Assembly (NCBI GenBank): GCA_014879745.1
Contig: JACSRM010000436.1
Span: 11,577 to 75,576, forward strand
Length of the DNA: 64,000 nt
Source: Burkholderiaceae bacterium
GTDB lineage: Bacteria; Pseudomonadota; Gammaproteobacteria; Burkholderiales; Burkholderiaceae_C
Direction: 5' to 3'
The position numbers and the translations under genes are program-made. Below are positions 60,329-64,000 of the stretch, in pieces. The notes under the pieces were generated by a model that was not told where the DNA came from, ran no database searches, and saw nothing but the letters and a program-made list of their open reading frames with translations. Every line of letters begins with the position of its first letter. Position 1 is the first letter of the stretch.

Positions 60329-61249
60329 ATGCATTTCAAGGGACTCGACCTCAACCTCCTGGTTGCGCTGGACCTTCTGCTCGCCGAGCGCAGCATCACC
60401 CGCGCGAGCGAACGTTTGCACCTGAGTCAGTCGGCCATGAGCAGCGCGCTCGGCCGCCTTCGCTCGTACTTCGACGACGAACTGCTGGTACAGACCGGGC
60501 GCAACATGGTGCCGACTGCGCTGGCCGAGGCCCTTGCTGCACCGGTGCGCGAGGTCTTGTTGAAGATCGACAGTACGGTGCGCACGCGGCCGCAGTTCGA
60601 AGCGGCAACGTCGACGCGCCACTTCAAGTTGCTGATGTCCGACTACGTGTCGACCGTGCTGCTGGCCAATCTGCTGCCGCGCCTCGAACGAGAGGCGCCG
60701 GGCGTCAGCCTCGATCTGCTGCCGTACGCCGATTCGCACTGGGAAATGCTCGAGCGCGGCAGCGCCGACTTCCTCTTCATACCGTCGCAATACCTGCGCG
60801 GCGAGCATCCCTGGGAAGTGCTGTTCGAAGACGAGTTCGTCGGTGTAGTCTGGTCCGGCAACGCTTTGGTCGGGGCGCAACTCACGCTCGAGCAGTACAT
60901 GGCACTCGGCCACGTCGCTGTTCGTTTCGGCAACCTGCGCGCACCGACAACGGTCGACTCGTTCTTTGATAATCTCGGCCACCATCGCCGGATTGACGTG
61001 GTCGCTGCCGACTTCAACTCGACGACGCGTATGGTAATCGGGACTCACCGCATCGCCACCGTGCAAAGGCGCCTGGCGTGCTACTACGCCACCTACCTTC
61101 CCTTGCGCGTGCTGGAGCTGCCCATGAACATGCCGCGCTTGTGCGAGATCATCGCCTGGCACGGCTTCCGCACGAACGATCCAGGGAGCGTCTGGTTGCG
61201 CCGGATGATGGCCGACGCGATGCGCGACGCTGCACCGGCATCGCCCTGA
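60329..61249 (+). CDS. LysR-family transcriptional regulator, NodD-like (paralogue 3 of 3), divergent from the F420 operon
   Basis: ATG 60329. MHFKGLDLNLLVALDLLLAERSITRASERLHLSQSAMSSALGRLRSYFDDELLV.... Confidence 0.9.
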   Translation: MHFKGLDLNLLVALDLLLAERSITRASERLHLSQSAMSSALGRLRSYFDDELLVQTGRNMVPTALAEALAAPVREVLLKIDSTVRTRPQFEAATSTRHFKLLMSDYVSTVLLANLLPRLEREAPGVSLDLLPYADSHWEMLERGSADFLFIPSQYLRGEHPWEVLFEDEFVGVVWSGNALVGAQLTLEQYMALGHVAVRFGNLRAPTTVDSFFDNLGHHRRIDVVAADFNSTTRMVIGTHRIATVQRRLACYYATYLPLRVLELPMNMPRLCEIIAWHGFRTNDPGSVWLRRMMADAMRDAAPASP

Positions 61250-61330
61250 GGCGCTCGACGGCGCCGATCCTTCAGCGCCCGCCGAGCTCCCGGCGGCACA
61301 GGTGATGGCGGTGTACTGGAAGCGTCGCGC

Positions 61331-62622
61331 TCAGGCGCCGTGCTTGCGCGCCGCGTGGTACATCGCACGCACGCTCTCGATCGGCGCCTCGTCGGGGATG
61401 CCAAAGGCGGTGTCGAGAATCAGCCAGCCGCCCTTGGCGAATACCTCGGCGACCAACCGGGCGACCGCCGCCTCGACGTCGGCCGGCGTACCCATCGACA
61501 TCACCGACGGGTGCATGCCGCCGCGCAGTGCGACGCCGCCGCACCTCGCGCGCGCGAACCATGTCGGTCCGCTCGAACCAGTACAGGCACTTGCCTGCGG
61601 GGACGTCGCAGATCGTTTCCAGCGGCTTCGTGCAATCGGCCTCCCGCAGCGGCATCGGAATCAAGCCCAGCTCGATGATGCCGAGCATCAGTTCGCGAAA
61701 CGACGGCCACCATAAGGTCTCGAACTGCTTGGGCGACATCAACGCGTCGGGCACCCGATGCACCGGGATGAACACCGGCGGCCTGCTCATGAGAGGCTTT
61801 TGCACCTAGAGCCGACGCAGCGTCAGCACCATCATCTTGTCGAGCGCCTGCAGCACCTTGGCTGGCCGAAGTTACAGATCCTTCATCATCGCGGTGGCGC
61901 CGCGGAAGTAATCGCCGAAGTTGTCGTACGGCCCGCAGCACACCCCACCGATACCTGAAGGAAAAATCCATGCCGACGATCCGCCCCATCATCTCGCCGG
62001 CTATCCCCAGGTGCCTGGCGGTCTTGCGGCCGGTATCGATCAGCCGCATCATCGCCAACTGCAATCGAGGCTCGACGAAGACCACCGTGTTGTAGACAAC
62101 ATCGAAGTAGCTCGCTCCGGCGAACGAACCCAGCGCCTCGCTGCCCTCGAAGGCGGTCGCCACGCGCGCAGGTACTTGCTGTAGTGGAAGCCGGGCGGGT
62201 CGAACAGGAAATCGTCGTACTCGTCGACGAGCATGTACTCGCGATCGAGGAACTGGAACGGCCGGTCGTGGGGCAACGCCCCCCCGGCCATTCGATCTGC
62301 CGATAGCCGATGGCGTCCAACGGCGCGCCGAAGCCCATCGTCAGCAGGCTCGGGCAACACAGGTCGGGTTCGAGTTCACGAGTGATGTCGATCAACGTCG
62401 GCACGAGGCGCTCGGGGTCGTACATGGCGTCGCGGAAACTGAAGCCGCCGTACTTGGCCGGTCAGAACATCACGGACAGCGCCGTCGGCATGCGATCCGG
62501 CTGCCGCAATTCGATGCAGTCCGTGACGCGCCGCCGACGCGCTTCGTGCGCGGCGGCACGACGGGCGGCATCGGTCCCTGGTCCACGGGCGGTGCGACAT
62601 CCATCGTCCGCATCGCCTTCAT
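61331..62622 (-). pseudogene. decayed paralogue of the URO-D-type methyltransferase at 91..1368
   Basis: Colinear pieces in several frames: ...VTDCIELRQPDRMP..., MYDPERLVPTLIDITRELEPD...IGYRQIEWPGG, ...FQFLDREYMLVDEYDDFLFDPPGF..., ...YDNFGDYFRGATAMMKDL then stop (TAA, 61872..61874), a second stop (TAG, 61806..61808), ...PVFIPVHRVPDALMSPKQFETLWWPSFRELML..., ...GGWLILDTAFGIPDEAPIESV.... Confidence 0.85.
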
Positions 62623-63254
62623 GCCGGCACTCCCATCCAGCCGTTGCAAAGGTTGACCGCCGCGACTGCGTTGACGCCGAAGGCGTCGGCACCGGTCCAG
62701 GAACGCACGGTTTCGTCGACTTGATCGCCACTCACCACGACCTTGACGCGCGAGTGCAGGCCGGCGGCCTCGAGTGTGGCGACCGTTTGCTTCATCGAAT
62801 CGAAAGCGAGCGTGAGAAAACCCGACAGCGCCACGATGTCGGGTTCCGCGGCGCACACCTCGTCGCCAAAGCGCGAAACCGGCACGTCGACGCCGATGTC
62901 CTTCACCTCGTCGTCGTTGATGTCGAGCATGAACGGCACGATGTTCTGTCGTGCAGGTCGCCGGCTACGGCGCCGATCAGGGCGCTGCACCGGTGCGCCC
63001 GCGTCGGTCAGCAGCGGCTTGGCGATCGCGCCGACCGTCTCGAGCATCTCGCCGGCCAATACCAGTTCGGGTAGGAAGTAATCACCCGCCTCGAAGCTTT
63101 TGCCCACCTCGTCCATCGCCATGTGGCAAAGCTCGAGCACGCGCAGCGGATCCTTGCTTTCTTCGAGCAGCATGCGCCGCGCCAACGCCAGCGCATCGTC
63201 CTCGTTCATGTCGGCGAGCCACTCGACCAGCTGGCGTTCGTTCGGTCCTTCGAT
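62619..63254 (-). pseudogene. decayed paralogue of the corrinoid protein at 1601..2263 (cobalamin His-ligand motif destroyed)
   Basis: Track ORF 62619..63209 is colinear with 1601..2263. The segment that should read ...LIGAVAGDLHDIGKNIV... is traversed out of frame: GGCGACCTGCACGAC at 62948..62962 encodes GDLHD in another frame, and about 7 nt of the IGK codons are missing. The N-terminal codon aligned to Met is ATC. Confidence 0.75.
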
Positions 63255-63267
63255 CCACCCTCCTCGA

Positions 63268-64000
63268 TCAGCGAAATGCCGGAATGACGTGGCGGCCGAA
63301 CAGGCGGATCGTGTCCTCGCTGTACGCCGGGTCCATGCCGCCGAAATGCTGGCACAGCACCGGATGCGTGACGTTCATCGCCTGGATACGCCGCAACGGC
63401 TCGATTACGTCCTCGGGTGTGCCGACGAGGAACGGCGAACCGAGGAAGTGCATGCGCTTCAAGCTGTCGACGTCGCGTGGGTCGGGGAGCGGGTCAACGC
63501 CGAAATATCCACCCGGCTTGTCGCGAAACCAGGCGAAGTCAGGGTGACGATCGAACTCCGACTTGTAGTATTGGAGCCAGCGGATCATCGGTTCGCCGGC
63601 GCGCTGCCATGCTTCCTCGCGCGTCGACGCGAGCACGACATAGACCAGCATCGCGCGATTGAAATCCTTCGGGTCGCGGCCGTACGCGCGCAGCTTCTGC
63701 TCGTACAGATCAAAGCCGGTGCCCGAGCCGGCGAGGTGGTAACCCAGGCGCGCCGCGCGGTCGAGCGCTGCGGGCGCGTTGCCGGCCAGCCAGATTGGCG
63801 GCTTGGTTTGCACTGGTCGCGGGTTCATCGTGAAGTTGCGCACGGCATAGTGGTTGCCGCTGAACGAGAAGTCGCGCCGCGTCCAGACGCCGGAGATGAT
63901 CGCCAGGCTCTCCTCCATGCGCGCGGCGCGCTCCTTGCGCGAGACGCCGAAGTTGTCGAACTCCTCCTGGAAGTTGCCGATGCCCAGGCCGAGGTCCAGG
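63268..64000 (-). CDS. luciferase-like monooxygenase (LLM) class flavin/F420-dependent oxidoreductase, 5' end outside the window
   Basis: The frame is open to the right edge (...LDLGLGIGNFQEEFDNFGVSRKERAARMEESLAIISGVW...PIWLAG...). Cofactor preference (FMN versus F420) cannot be read from this piece. Confidence 0.8.
   Translation of the reverse strand, partial: LDLGLGIGNFQEEFDNFGVSRKERAARMEESLAIISGVWTRRDFSFSGNHYAVRNFTMNPRPVQTKPPIWLAGNAPAALDRAARLGYHLAGSGTGFDLYEQKLRAYGRDPKDFNRAMLVYVVLASTREEAWQRAGEPMIRWLQYYKSEFDRHPDFAWFRDKPGGYFGVDPLPDPRDVDSLKRMHFLGSPFLVGTPEDVIEPLRRIQAMNVTHPVLCQHFGGMDPAYSEDTIRLFGRHVIPAFR

Noticed and set aside
1-64000. CRISPR arrays, tRNA/rRNA genes, integrase genes, toxin-antitoxin or known defence-system genes
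   Set aside because: None was recognised on either strand. The only short tandem repeat is the coding (TTCACT)x4. This absence is a by-eye statement, and tRNAscan, Infernal and defence-system HMMs were not run.

Overview
Very GC-rich DNA (about two-thirds G+C by eye, not computed). Gene content looks proteobacterial, probably Burkholderiales-like. The window is a patchwork of catabolic and transport operons separated by insertion-sequence scars. Left to right: (i) a minus-strand Liv-type binding protein, a corrinoid protein and a URO-D-type methyltransferase. (ii) A LuxR regulator, a PhyH dioxygenase and a VanA-like Rieske oxygenase, each preceded by the same GTCCTC-N6-GAGGAC box. (iii) An IS graveyard: an IS3 fragment cut by a frameshifted IS256-family element with both ends intact, an AlpA gene, a Zn-ribbon/ORF/LuxR-solo/AlkB-like unit, and methyltransferase, ISL3 and IS1595 fragments. 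(iv) A DUF1302, DUF1329, BNR/Ycf48-like and RND four-gene envelope cluster. (v) A catabolic block: tandem EthD-like protein, CrtI-like flavoprotein, NTF2-like proteins, SDRs, an MFS transporter, hydantoinase A/B plus an NTF2-like third gene, an acyl-CoA ligase and a crotonase. (vi) A nine-gene minus-strand operon: cyclase, cupin, SDR, 3-hydroxyacyl-CoA-dehydrogenase-like, BKACE, and a Liv-type ABC importer with fused LivG-LivF. (vii) A nitroreductase/PhlG-like/EthD cluster and a ThDP enzyme followed by a decayed decarboxylase. (viii) A complete coenzyme F420 biosynthesis operon (cofE-cofD-cofC-fbiC) followed by an FrhB-like gene. (ix) A decayed second copy of the corrinoid cassette and a luciferase-like oxidoreductase that runs off the right edge. 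Three NodD-like LysR paralogues are interspersed. The most striking non-coding signal is a 43-bp four-element motif (7-mers every 12 bp around CGCGATG-N5-CATCGCG). It recurs at five to six promoter regions spread over 30 kb. No rRNA, tRNA or CRISPR array was seen. All family calls come from reading the translations, not from database searches.
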